A DNA stretch of 64,000 bases from Blasia pusilla (lineage: Eukaryota). The notes beneath the pieces were generated by a model, which had not been told where the DNA came from, searched no databases, and saw only the letters and a program-made list of their open reading frames with translations. Made by a program: the position numbers and the translations under genes. This document shows positions 13,142-24,489 of the stretch, piece by piece (positions within the stretch are counted from its first letter, which is position 1; the number at the start of each line of letters is the position of its first letter). The DNA is taken from positions 37,944,001 through 38,008,000 of the forward strand of contig CM114271.1 of assembly GCA_050084515.1 (NCBI GenBank), in the 5' to 3' direction.

Positions 13142-13539
13142 TATGAGAAAACAAAAAGTGAAAAAATCACTGAAATCTTTACAAGACTTAGAGATACAAA
13201 GCGGCCTAGTCCATCCGTGCGCTCACAGAAGAGCTTCGATGGAATCCTGAACATGGAGATAACTCGACATACGAGAATACACTACCGCTGCGGCTCCCGA
13301 CTATTTCACTTATAAGGAAACTAGGTTTTTTTACCTATTTTTCTTCATTTCTATTAATAGAAAATTTTGCATATTATAGGGTTAGAGAATCCTAGTAACG
13401 CTACTCCATAAACCACCTACGTCATGTTACTATGTCTCCTCTGAAGTTTAAGTCGGAACCATCAATCTAGGCTTCTCCTCATACGAGGGGGCCGATCTGA
13501 TTAATGGTGCTTAGAGAAGTGGATGTTGAGAATCCAACA
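13142..13539 (-). repeat. 5' LTR of the minus-strand tRNA-Met-primed element
   Basis: Reverse complement of 42955-43399; the minus strand starts TGTTGGATTCTC; adjacent to the PBS at 13131-13141. Confidence 0.85.
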
Positions 13540-15010
13540 CCGCATCCCTCCCACATTCCATCTATCCATCAACTCATTCTCCATCCCCACTCCATCCATT
13601 CGTTCTTCTCCCTCTAAAATCATCCATGAACCCCATCCTTCAATTCATTCCATCCCCCATCTATTTCTGCACTCCTTCTTTGTCCATCTATCCATGCATC
13701 CCATCTTACATCTATCATGTAGGTCTGCCAAAACATATCTTGGGCAAGATTTGAACTTGCATCATCAGGCCGATAGTTGAGTCTTCTACCACTAGCCCAC
13801 ACACTATTGTACGTACGTGTGCAAAAAATACAAAATTGTCATGTCTTGTAGGATAGATTCACGAGATCTAATAGAGCGCCTTTGAGGATATAGGAGCAAG
13901 GCCCCACGAGGTCGAGGATAACCAACAATGGCCACGGATAACCTTAGAGAGTAGGTTTTTCCTTAGTTTCGGCTCATTTGGAACCATATTGAGAAACTTA
14001 CTATTTTATGAGAGATTGTCAGAGAGTCACTTGATTTATTTGCAGATATTTTGGTATTTATCGTTTCAATGTTTGGATGCCATGAGTTAGCATGGGATCG
14101 TATGTGTTTGTGTATATGTTCAATGACAACGACGTATGTTATGTCATGATATGTATGCGCACAGCAAAATACATATAGAAATATTTTTTTTCCTTTTTGC
14201 ATATTTTTACTTTTTAAAACTCATATTTGTATTATTCTTTTTCAAAAATAATTCCCATATTCATATTATTTTATTTTTAAGTCTTTAAGGCTTAAAATCC
14301 ATACATAGAATAATAAATAAGTGATTTTAAAATATTAGATAATCTACGATAATAGTAAACTCATTGATATAATCCAATATGATAGTTTATTAGATCATAT
14401 AAAGTCTGAAAAGAATTTAATGATTACAAAAGCTTATCATTGGAGTTTTTTTTTAGAAAACTTTTCTTGTATTAAATAAAAAAATTTATTCAATCATTAG
14501 TCTGTTGCTGGATGGATATTTCTCAATTCTAAAATTTCAATTATTTTTGAAATAAAATAATAAAAATATGATTTTTTAAAATTAAAAAATTAAACAGTTA
14601 AAAAGATATTTCTATACGTATTAAATTTTTTTGCTCATGTACATACATTCATGTGTGGACTAGAGGTAGAAGACTCCACTACAAGTCTAATGGTGCAAGT
14701 TTAATTCTTGCCCAAGATATATTTTGGCACATCAAGATGATGGATGTACGGTGGGTCACATGGATGGATGGACGGAGACGGAGTTCATAAATAGATGGGG
14801 GATGGAATGCATGGATGGATGGTGTTAATAGATGGAGTTTGGAGGGAAAAGAATGGATAGATGGAATTGACGGATGGGATTAATGGATGAAGAGTGGATG
14901 GAGAAGGAGTTGATGGAGAGATGGGGTGAAAGGATAGAGTAATAATGGAAAGACATAATTGATGGACGGATGGAAGGTGGAAGGTGGAATGGATCCGGAT
15001 AGAGGGTGCA
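13540..15010. mobile_element. Non-autonomous long-TIR (foldback/MULE-like) element with AT-rich core
   Basis: TCCATC-rich 13540-13815 is the approximate reverse complement of GATGGA-rich 14640-15010, including a shared ~90-bp tRNA-like segment. No TSD found; ends uncertain. Confidence 0.5.
13837..14166 (+). mobile_element. 330-bp solo A-B terminal unit of the DNMT/PHD retroelement family
   Basis: Starts TGTCATGTCT, with CGAGATCTA at offset 25 as in 17024; ends ATGTATGCGCACAGCA; perfect 4-bp TSD AAAT. Confidence 0.8.
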
Positions 15011-16288
15011 ACACGTGGAAAAAGTAACGGATGAAGGGTGTATTTGAGATTGGGACCTATAGTTACGTGGTTGGCGACGGATATAGATTCAGCAAGCAAA
15101 CATCCTTAGCATCCTTCTTATCTTACATTTTACTTTATGTTCGAGAGTCTGATTTACGTGTGTCCATTTGTCACAATGTTGGTGAGGTGCTGAACCTTGA
15201 TCAACCTAATGTATGGATGAAAGCATGTTCTCAAAGGGTTGAGTTATTTTGGAGAGTTATGCCCATTGCATTTGAGAACTTGGCGATTGCGTAACATTGG
15301 GATAATTTGAGGTATTCTATTATTTGGGGAGATGATTATCTAGCAATGATCTAGAGGTTCATCAGGGAGACTATGTCTACTTAAACAAACAACACCTACG
15401 TCGACATTGGATGTGACCAAAGGGTGCATCATCTTGAGAGAGTTTGATGCATTGCCATATGTTATTCTTTTAGTGGAGGGACACAAAGATATGTTTTGGA
15501 AGGATCATATGCATAACTATGTGGTATATCACATTCATAGTATTGATGGTATGGTTTATTTGAGCTTAGCATTAGTTCTTCCACACTTGCATTGTATATT
15601 GTGTGGTTTTGACCATGGTGCAACCACTATGCTAGTTTGTGATAGGTGTTCGAGAAGGTGGTATATGGCATGTTAACGCCATCTCCCACTAAGGTTCCTC
15701 CGAGACAATGGATGTGCCCTAGATGTACATAGAATAGAGACTAGGTGGCCATAGATCCAGACTTATATTTTTGAGATGGAGGAAAAGAAGGCGATTAACT
15801 ATGGGATCGTATGATCACCCAACCTTTTTTCTCTTAGCGTCTTAGAGATGTATCTCATGGTAGGTTGGGATAGATGGCTATGTGGAGTTAGAAGGACCTA
15901 ACCACCAAGTACGGGGCCAATTGGAGATATTTTGGTACATGATCCTATCGATGTCTAGATGCTATGAGTGAGTGTGGTATCTTGTATGTTTATATATTTT
16001 TGGTGATAATCATATGTTTTTTTGTAGTGATATGTATGCGACTAAGCGCACGATAACTATCACGTCTTTTAGGATAGATTGACGAGTTTTGGTAGAGTGC
16101 CTTCCAATATATTGGAGAAAAGTCTCAAGAGGTTAAGGATGACCTATTGATACTTTGGAAACTAGAGAAAACAAGTTTCCCTTTTTGTGGGTTTATTTGG
16201 AGCTATATATAGAAACCTCCTATTTTGGGAAAGTTATCGATAGGAATAGAATTGAATTTCCACTTTGAGACCCTTGACCCTCTACAGC

Positions 16289-16734
16289 CATAGTTGCACA
16301 GAAACAGACATGCCCATCCTTGGGACAGACATGTCTAGACAAGTTTGCACATGCCCATCGACATTCCCAACGAGTCCTCCGTCCAGGTTGTTTTTATATC
16401 TTGGTGGCAAGCACGGGCTTGGGATGTGAGAACGGGTGCGGGCTCATATTAAGGGAGATGGCTAGGAATCAGTCCGCACGTAGCCCGCGGAGGGCTAGCT
16501 AAGCTCGAGCATGCTCTCCGCGGGCCTATCAATCATAGGCTTAGGGCAAGCCGGTGCAAGCTACAAAATATTTGACAAGTGCTTAGATTGGCTGTAGGCT
16601 GGTCGATCCCAGGTGTATGTTGCGGGCGGTCTGGGCTCAGGTCTGGGCCACAAGAATCCGCACCCGCACAGACATGTCTATCCTAGGTACGGACATAAGT
16701 CCGCAGACTCGGGCTTTCTCTATGTGCAAGCTTG
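16289..16734. mobile_element. hAT-type MITE
   Basis: TIRs CATAGTTGCAC...GTGCAAGCTTG; 8-bp TSD TCTACAGC/CCTACATC; absent from the homologous site near 54025. Confidence 0.75.
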
Positions 16735-18736
16735 CCTACATCAAGTCAAGAGCCAAGGAAGTGACATGCAAGCATAAGATACCATGGAGAGAGCTTGGGA
16801 GAGGAAAGGGGCTATATCTTGCAAGAGGAGAGAACTTTGGAGCTAGTTCTCTCTCTGTTCACACTAGAGCTGTGGTCCTCCTTACCTTTTGAGTAATCCA
16901 AGGATATTATTAAGAGAGTGGGTTTGGTTTGACTTGAGAGAGATGATTTGTGTGAGAAACATTTTTGCATATTGTGAGACATTTGAGTTCTTATGATTGA
17001 ATTGGATATATTTTGGTACATGATGTCACATCTGAGTGGCCGATAGGCCGAGATCTATCGTGGATAGGGTGGAGCCAGCGGACTATCTTGAGTGTAACTT
17101 TGTCCCACGATGTCGGATGAGGTTGAGGATAGGTCCATTGTGTCAGGAACGTCGTTTCTGACAACTTTCATGTTGAGATCTTTCACAGCCGGGTGACTTG
17201 TTGACCAGGTCACCCACCCCTAGTAACCTGTGCGCGCAGGTTACCAAGGGAAGGGCTATTTTTAGGGGAAGAGCCTTTTGGCTCTTCCCAACCCTATATA
17301 AGAGAGGAAGATGGCTTTCCTAAGCCATCTTTCTCATGTTGGGCCGTTGGAGCACCTCCCTTGTATGTGTGTGAGCTAAGACTAGGGTGCTAGCGTCTGG
17401 ATTCCTTGATAACACAGGGTGGACGAGGCTCGATATACCGATGTAGATTGAGGAGTGGAGTTTTAGGCCGGATGTGCCGTTTTTACTACTCTTTATTTTT
17501 ACATGAGAAAGATGGCAGGGGGTTGGTGGGAATTCGTTGTTTGCAGGCAGGCCAGCGAGTTGCCTCGGTTGGGGAGCCCCTGGAGGCGTGTGTGTGACGT
17601 TTTTTGTGTCATTTTTCTCTTCGGAAGGCCGTGGGCGGAAGCGTTGTCCATTTTTCTCAGATTTTTTGGTGTGCGGATTGATGGGGGGATGGAGAGCGAG
17701 TGTAGTGTGGTGGGGCGTCGGGTGTACGCAAGTGAGGGTGTCGAGAGAGAAGGAAAGGGCAGGTTTGGGTCTTGCAGCCACCGGGGGGCTGTCAAGTAAA
17801 GGCGGCTAGGTTAGGTCGCGAAAGCTAGAGTTAGGTCACGGACGGGTTGGGCGCGGACGGCAGACGGGCTGGTCGCGGACGGCGAGGGGCGCGGACGCCG
17901 CCTCCCCCCCCGCCATTTAGTGCCCTTCCCCAAACTTGGGGAGGCCCATAGGGGTGCGGGCCGCGGTCCAAAGTTTTCCCCCTCTCCAACGTGGTAGGAA
18001 TGGATGCTGTTGTAGCGAACGTGGTAGGACGGACGAGGTCGGTCCGGCGAACACGGTGCGCATGGGCAACGTGCGGGCAGGGAGGATGTCGACGTGGTGG
18101 GTGACCGGCAAGTTGGACAGCGGGCGTGACATGATGTTTTTGGGGCGCGACAGGGCATTGCGAGAGTTTACGATGGAGGGGCAGTGTGCATGATGCCGAC
18201 GGGTTGTCCGCATCTGTTGACGGGAGGATCGACGTGTTGGTCGAGGGGAGTGTTATATGGCGGAGATTATCATATCATGTGGAGGAGTGCATATTGACGG
18301 TGCAAAGAAAGTTGAGGCGTGATCAGGTTACCCATTTGAGTCCCTTTTCCCGCACTTGTCGTGTGTGATTGAGAGTGCTGGGTATCAGGTAGTAGTTGGT
18401 GCTAGATGGTTGCAGTGATGGTGACGAGTGTAGATTCTTTTCATATGTAGCATGTTGGTGGATATACGGCGGTTGCCGAGTAGGGGTCGCGTGTATGATC
18501 CGAGAGAGTGTCGCTAGGTTAGGTGAGTCAGTTGGGAGGCTCATGGTGAGCCCGAGTGTTGAGCGTGCGTGAGGCCGGGTATGTCATTACGGGATGGACG
18601 TTAGCATAGGTGAGCTAGTGAGGCGTGTGGGAGACTCTCGGTGAGTCTAAGTGCTTGAGCGGGTGAGACAGGGTTTGTCATCACGGCGTTCTTCCAGGGT
18701 TCGGAAGAACGGGGTAGTGCGAGCAGTGGTAGTGGT

Positions 18737-20421
18737 GTGACACGGAGTCGAGTGAGATACCGAGGGGTTACTAGTGAGGAGCTCCCTCGACATCCATCCG
18801 TGACTGGATCGTCATTACTGGACACTGGGTCTGGTGACGAGATCACCAACAGAGACAATAGTACTTGGCAGGAGATGGACGACATGGGCCATCGGGGCAT
18901 GCGTCGTTTCTCGGGTGCAGTGGGCACCATCGACTTAGATGATTTCATCCAGGAGTTTGACACATGGTGCGACTTCCAAGAGATACGGACCCCGACACGG
19001 TTCAACCCTTTCATGGCATGGAAGGGGTTGTTCCAGCACTTGGAGGGTCCTCCGATGGATGACTACATGGAGTTTCGATCACTATATTCAGTAGAGATCG
19101 ATGCCTGGAGGATGTATTGGGCTCCAGGGTATGTGTCCACTAGTGATCACGAGGCATATGATGGGATTGTGAGAGGAGAGAGACACACACCATCAGCCCG
19201 GAGACTAGATGGAGAGGAGGGCAATGAGACAGCGATGTGGCGAGAGACCTCTGGTGGTAGAGGTCCCACCCGCCCGGCCCAAGACAAAGTGGAGTTCTTC
19301 CGGCGGTTGGGGAAGAGCTACCAGGGTATGCACGCACCGACAAGGTGAAGAGTCTACAGGATTTTCAGCGACGATCGGGTGAGAGTTTGAGAGAGGCCTT
19401 CACACGCATGAGGAGGCTGATCATGGCTACGTTTGGAGTGACTGAGGCGTAATCAGTCCAGTATTGGTACGGGCTTCTGGACCGAGAACTACGGAGGAGA
19501 GTCCGAGATGCGGTGCTCATTCACACAGCGAAGCCCACATTGAAGGTGGTCTTTGAGTTGTCTGAGCGTATTGAGCTCAACATGAGTGAGGAGCAGGTAG
19601 TGACCGCTGGATTTTCTCGGGAGTCGACGGGTCCACGAGCGGTGGTGACCCCACAGGTGCCACAGCAAGCACCAGTACCACGGGAGCGGGCCAGTGTGCC
19701 TAGAGAGCAGGGCAGGTACCGTGAGCCTATGAGGCAACGACCCGCACCTACATATGTTGCCCAGCAGGGACCGATGTGGTCTTGTTGGACGTGTGGAGGG
19801 GCCCATAGGCTGAGAGACTGCCCACAGCATGGGAGAGGACCACCAGTGCCTCCGATTGCGCAAGAGCCACAAAGGATGGCCCCACCACAGCACCAGTGTG
19901 ACCATTGCCATAGATATGGTCACACTAGGGATAGATGTTTTGACCTTCGCCGAGGGGCACGTCCAGAGGTAGGCCGAGGGCCTGGGGGCAGTCATCTTGG
20001 AGGAGGTTGGGGAGTTCTTCCTGGACGTGGTGGTAGAGGACCACCACCAGCCAGAGGAGATGGAGCAGGAGCACCAGAGCCGGCGCTTCTCTCACGCATT
20101 GATCAGTTGGAGCAGAGGATTGCTGCCATGACGATGATGCAGCTTAGGGAAGGCACGGAGTTGCAAGCACCTAGTGTGACTCCAGTCTCTACCTCTTACC
20201 CTGACCCCGGTGTGGATCTCTCCAATATGGGATTCATGTGTAGTGCAGCCCAGGTTGAGGCAGCTGCAGTGGTGACTCGGGGTGCTGCGAGAGGCATTGA
20301 GCCATCGAGAGGTGGAGTTGAGATTGACCCACCAGAGGGGACCGATGGGCGGCAGGCCAGGGTTCCACAGTCGTTCACATTGTCGGAGGCACTACACACA
20401 CCATCGATGGTGCCTCGATGA
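18737..20421 (+). pseudogene. gag with two CCHC zinc knuckles
   Basis: RFSGAVGTIDLDDFIQEFDTWC; QRRSGESLREAFTRMRRL; CWTCGGAHRLRDC (19783-19821); CDHCHRYGHTRDRC (19897-19938). Frameshift near 19340. Confidence 0.85.
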
Positions 20422-20799
20422 CCAGCGGTGCCTACAGTTCAGGCAACTACGTCGACGTCACGAGGAGTTGGAGTGACAACTCCTATGCCGGCTTGAGTGG
20501 AGTCAGTGTCGACTATAGTGTTGGAGGTGGCCACTAGAGTGAGTCAGACTCGCTATTTTCCGCCTTAGAGTTGGCGACGTTGGGAGTTGGACCGATTGAG
20601 GTGTTCGGTTGGCCGCCACGTTGTGTGAGCGTGAGAGAGATAGCGCTTCTTGTTCAGAGGTAGTTGAGGAGGTGGTGGACTTGCCCTCAGAGCCGGTGCT
20701 TGGGACGTTCCCCATAGAGTCATGGCATGCGGCGGCGGTGAAGTTGGTAGATATGCCAGCTCGACCGGCCATAGAGCGAGAAGTGGTGACACCTGGAGT

Positions 20800-21190
20800 A
20801 GTGTTACTGGATAACCGAGCTGGAGTATTTCGCTTGGTTAGTTTGACGGGGATAGTATACCACCCGCAGCGCGTCCTACTTGATTCGGGAGCGCAACCCT
20901 TGATGTTAGGGAAGGCGGCGTGTTTAGCGTTGGGATTACGGAAGGCCGACATTGAGCCTTGTCCCTTCTAGATAAATACCTCGATTGGGGGCGTATCACC
21001 CACTCAGTATATGACTCGACAGGAGATTGTTGTGAGAGTCAGCCAGAGCATGCGACGGATAGTGCTATGGTGCGCACACATGCGATTACGACACTAGCTG
21101 AGTCGTACAATGTGTTGGTGGGGAGAACAGTGTTATATCCCCTAGGATTCATCCTTGACTTCTGGGAGGAGACCGTTGCTTATCGGCCAT
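20800..21190 (+). pseudogene. Retropepsin aspartic protease domain
   Basis: RVLLDSGAQPLMLG (Asp codon 20882-20884) and downstream YNVLVGRTVL. Confidence 0.85.
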
Positions 21191-21590
21191 GATGGCGGTC
21201 GGTCAGATGAGTCAGTTACCTGTGCAGTTAGCGGGACAAGGTGGTCGATCACGAGGCGAGTCTGTGACCACGTTGGCGGCTTTCACAGGTAGTGTTAGCT
21301 GGCCAGGAGAGTTGTTGGAGGGGAACGCACATGCGAAGGATGTCCCATTAGCGGATAGTCCCACGGAGAGACAGGCCATGGCGGGTGTCTCTTCCCATGT
21401 TAGCGATGCCTCTTCACCATTATGGGGTACGACTCAAGAGCTACAGAGGATGGCCGACGACCTCGTGAGGCAGGCGTGGAGTCATGTTTTTATCCCAGAG
21501 CAGCGAGAGTCACGTGGCGATCGGGCTCTTGGAGTGGAGACGATGACCCCACTAGATACCACACCTGTTGTGTGGCAGTGCCCAGAGGAG

Positions 21591-22550
21591 GGTGTTAGGG
21601 TGTTAGATCTCTTTGGAGGGATTAGCACCGGATTGGCGGCCATATTGCAGGCGGGCATACGGGTGCATCAGTACCTTTATGTGGAGAGAGATGAGACCGC
21701 ACGGCGAGTATCATTACGTCACGTGGCGAGATTGGTCCAGAGGTATCCTGAGTTGTTGTCGGTATCTGCAGTATGGGGATACCAGCATACACTACCCGCC
21801 AACATATCTTTGGTGGGGGCGCAGGATCTGGATAGAGTTGGCACCATTCATTTGGTGATTGCTGGATGGCTATGTCAGGGTCATTCATCAGCTGGCCGAG
21901 GATTTGGATTGCAGGATCCGAGGTCATGGATGCTTTGGGAGATGCTCCGAGTAGTACGACACTTGCAGGAGAGTCAGATATGTTCTCCAGCGTACATTTT
22001 GGAGAACGTGCCATTGTTGGGAGATACTCGTGCACGTGTGATGACGAGTGTACATTAGGTGAGGTCGTGGTTGGGACCTGTTGTGTTGTTAGATGCAGCG
22101 AGAGTTGGGTCACGTGCCCATTGTCCACGACTGTGGTGGACGAACCTGATACCATCAGAGGTACTGAGTCGAGCCTACAATGGAGTCCACAGAGCACCAC
22201 ATCTCACAGTGGATGCTATTTTGGACTCAGGGCGTCGATCTCAGGTGGTGACACGTGATGATAGACCACCATTGGCCACGGGCAATAGGGTGGGGGAGTT
22301 GAGGGCAGCCTTACCTACGTTGGTGAGCTTCCTAGCATCCCATGCCTTTCGTTAGGGAGGGCCAGGCATGATTTGGGATGAGGTGACCGGAGTATTGGAG
22401 GAGCCTACAGCAGATGAGCGCGAGCGTGCCATGGGGTTCACTACCGGTACTACGGCGGTGCCAGGGATGACTGAGACATCACGGAGACAGGTGTTGGGGC
22501 AGGCGATGGACCTCAACTGTCTCACATGGATAGTCAGCCTAGGTATGGCT
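21591..22550 (+). pseudogene. DNMT3-like C5 cytosine DNA methyltransferase domain within pol
   Basis: Motif I VRVLDLFGGISTG; motif IV LVIAGWLCQGHS (normally PCQ); motif VI YILENV; motif VIII RAHCPRLWWTNL; motifs IX/X ERERAMGF...RRQVLGQAM. All in one frame with two internal TAG stops. Confidence 0.92.
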
Positions 22551-22844
22551 GAGCAGAGACGGATGTGAGTGTCATCCATGCCGCCACGTCCACAAGTTGG
22601 ACCACTGCCTACAGGGTCTGTACAGGCATTGGCTGGGGGCCAGATGAGGAGAGATAGGCACCCATGGACTTCCTGGGACGTCGTTCGAGCAGAGAGTGCG
22701 AAGGCGGCTAGAGTAGCACATGTTCATTTTTCGGATGTGGAGCATGGTGTAGGAGGTCAGAGTGGAGTGGTTGTTGCGGAAGTGGCTAGGGTTGCTACAT
22801 AGCAACCAAAGCCGGAGGTTGAGTCCTCTCCGAGTGAGGTCACG

Positions 22845-24290
22845 ATGGAGACTTGGGAGCCTATGATAGGTCTCAAGTTGATAGGAGGAGAGCGACGGCG
22901 AGTTCATAGGTTTCTGAGAGGGCATGTCAGTTGTTTTGCCTTCATTATGAGAGACTTGGGTACGCTGAAGGGTCCCGGGATACGGATTGAGTTGGCTAGT
23001 GATACGCCGATCTTTCGTCGACCCTACAAGTATTCTGATATGGAGCGAGCCTTGATTCAGAGAGGAGTCGGAGGACTTGTTGGAGGCAGGACTTGTGGAG
23101 TTATCACATGGGGAGTATGCATCCGCCAGATCATGCCGGCAAAGAAGGATATGTATGGCAATTGGACGGATAGGCGGATGTGTGGAGATTACCGTCCTAT
23201 CAACCGACACACGAGGTCAGATCGGTATGCCATGCCTACTCGAGGAGATCTTTGATGCGGTAGGGCATGCAAAGATCTTGATTTTTAGATCTTCGTCTTT
23301 GGCTATCATCAGCTTCCTATCAGGTTGGAGGACAGGAGAAGACGACGATTCAGGGGATAGATCGGTTCGGGAGAGATTGCTTTATCGATGGCGGTTCTTA
23401 CCATTTGGGTTGAAGAACGCGCTGCGGAGTTTCAGAGTGATGGATGGATAGGATTCTGGCTGGCTTGGATTTTTGTGCGATGTTACATAGATGATATTCT
23501 TATCTTGAGTTCCACGGTTGAGGAGCATGAGCGACACTTGGAGGAGGTGTTTCGGCGATTGCAGTTACATGGACTGAAGTTACATCCAGGCAAGTGCAGA
23601 TTCCTTTAGGAGCAGATTGAGTACTTGGGACACACCATATACCCGAGTGGGTTAGGCGTTCAATAGACGAAGGTAGAGGCTATTGCGCAGATTCCACGCC
23701 TTATAGATGTGAGTCGAGTCCGAGCATTTCTTGGATTGGCGAACTTCTATCGACGGTATGTCAAGGGTTTTAGTGCGATCGCAAAGTCTTTGACCTTGTT
23801 GACGAGACTTGATCAGGTGTGGTTGTGGGGAGATGATCAAGAACGAGCATTTCAGAGCTCAGGGCAGGTTGAGCGTCCTCACCCATTTTACTGAGAGACC
23901 GGTTCGGGTCGCCCATTCCAATTACATACGGATTGGAGCATGTTGGGTCTAGGAGCAGTGCTTACTCAGAGGGATGACGAGGAGAGGGAGTTCGTTGTGG
24001 CTTACGCGAGCCGATCGAACATCATTGCAGAGGCAAAGCAAAAACGGCCTACGAGGGAGAGTGCTTGGCTGCGGTGTGGGCCATGGCACATTTCAGGTGC
24101 TATTTATTCCGCAACCCTTTCACACTTATATCGATCATCAGCCATTGAGGTGGTTGATGGAGTCCGACAAGCTTACGGGAAAGCTTGCCGGGTGGGCTCT
24201 ATTATCTGCAGGAGTATGAGTTTGAGGTGGTTCATAGGCCAGGTCGGTTGAACCAAGATGCGGATGGGTTGAGTCGTAACCCATGTCCGA
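22845..24290 (+). pseudogene. Reverse transcriptase and RNase H (many frameshifts)
   Basis: PIFRRPYKYS; RRMCGDYRPIN; FLPFGLKNA; CYIDDILI (23481-23504); LKLHPGKC; LHTDWS..GLGAVLTQ; VAYASRS; DHQPL; DADGLSR. Confidence 0.92.
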
Positions 24291-24489
24291 GTCGAGAGAG
24301 GCGACCGAAGCTCGATGGCACGGAGAGAGTGATGAGGAGATGGTGCCGGTTGGCATGCATTTGCCTATCTTTGTTGGTTGACTATGGCGGGTCGACCCAC
24401 AAGTGATGACTCGTGGTGGGGTTGGATGATGAGTCTTTGGATCCGGAGGTCGGTGAGGAGGCGGTGGTGGTCGTGATATCCATGACGAT

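Larger units (their letters stand above)
1..13539 (-). mobile_element. Old minus-strand LTR retrotransposon (5' LTR 13142-13539, tRNA-Met PBS; internal region runs left out of the window, interrupted by the 3900-12982 element)
   Basis: CTCTGATACCA at 13131-13141 is the reverse complement of the iMet PBS TGGTATCAGAG. It abuts a ~400-bp segment that is the reverse complement of the solo LTR at 42955-43399. Only very decayed, possibly copia-like coding traces in 1-1150; extent of the internal region is inferred. Confidence 0.6.

Noticed and set aside
13741-13800. Functional tRNA gene
   Set aside because: Only A-box and T-arm are recognisable; no coherent acceptor or anticodon stems.
17024-18700. 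Conventional 5' LTR and PBS for the DNMT element
   Set aside because: No copy of the 3' terminal block found here, no copy of the 5' terminus after the pol stop, and no convincing TGG-initiated tRNA complement (GGGTATCAGGT near 18380 is too weak).
21591-22550. Host DNMT3/DRM gene or bacterial restriction-modification contaminant
   Set aside because: Intronless, in frame with RT, inside TSD-bounded element ends; no PWWP/UBA domains or restriction enzyme partner.
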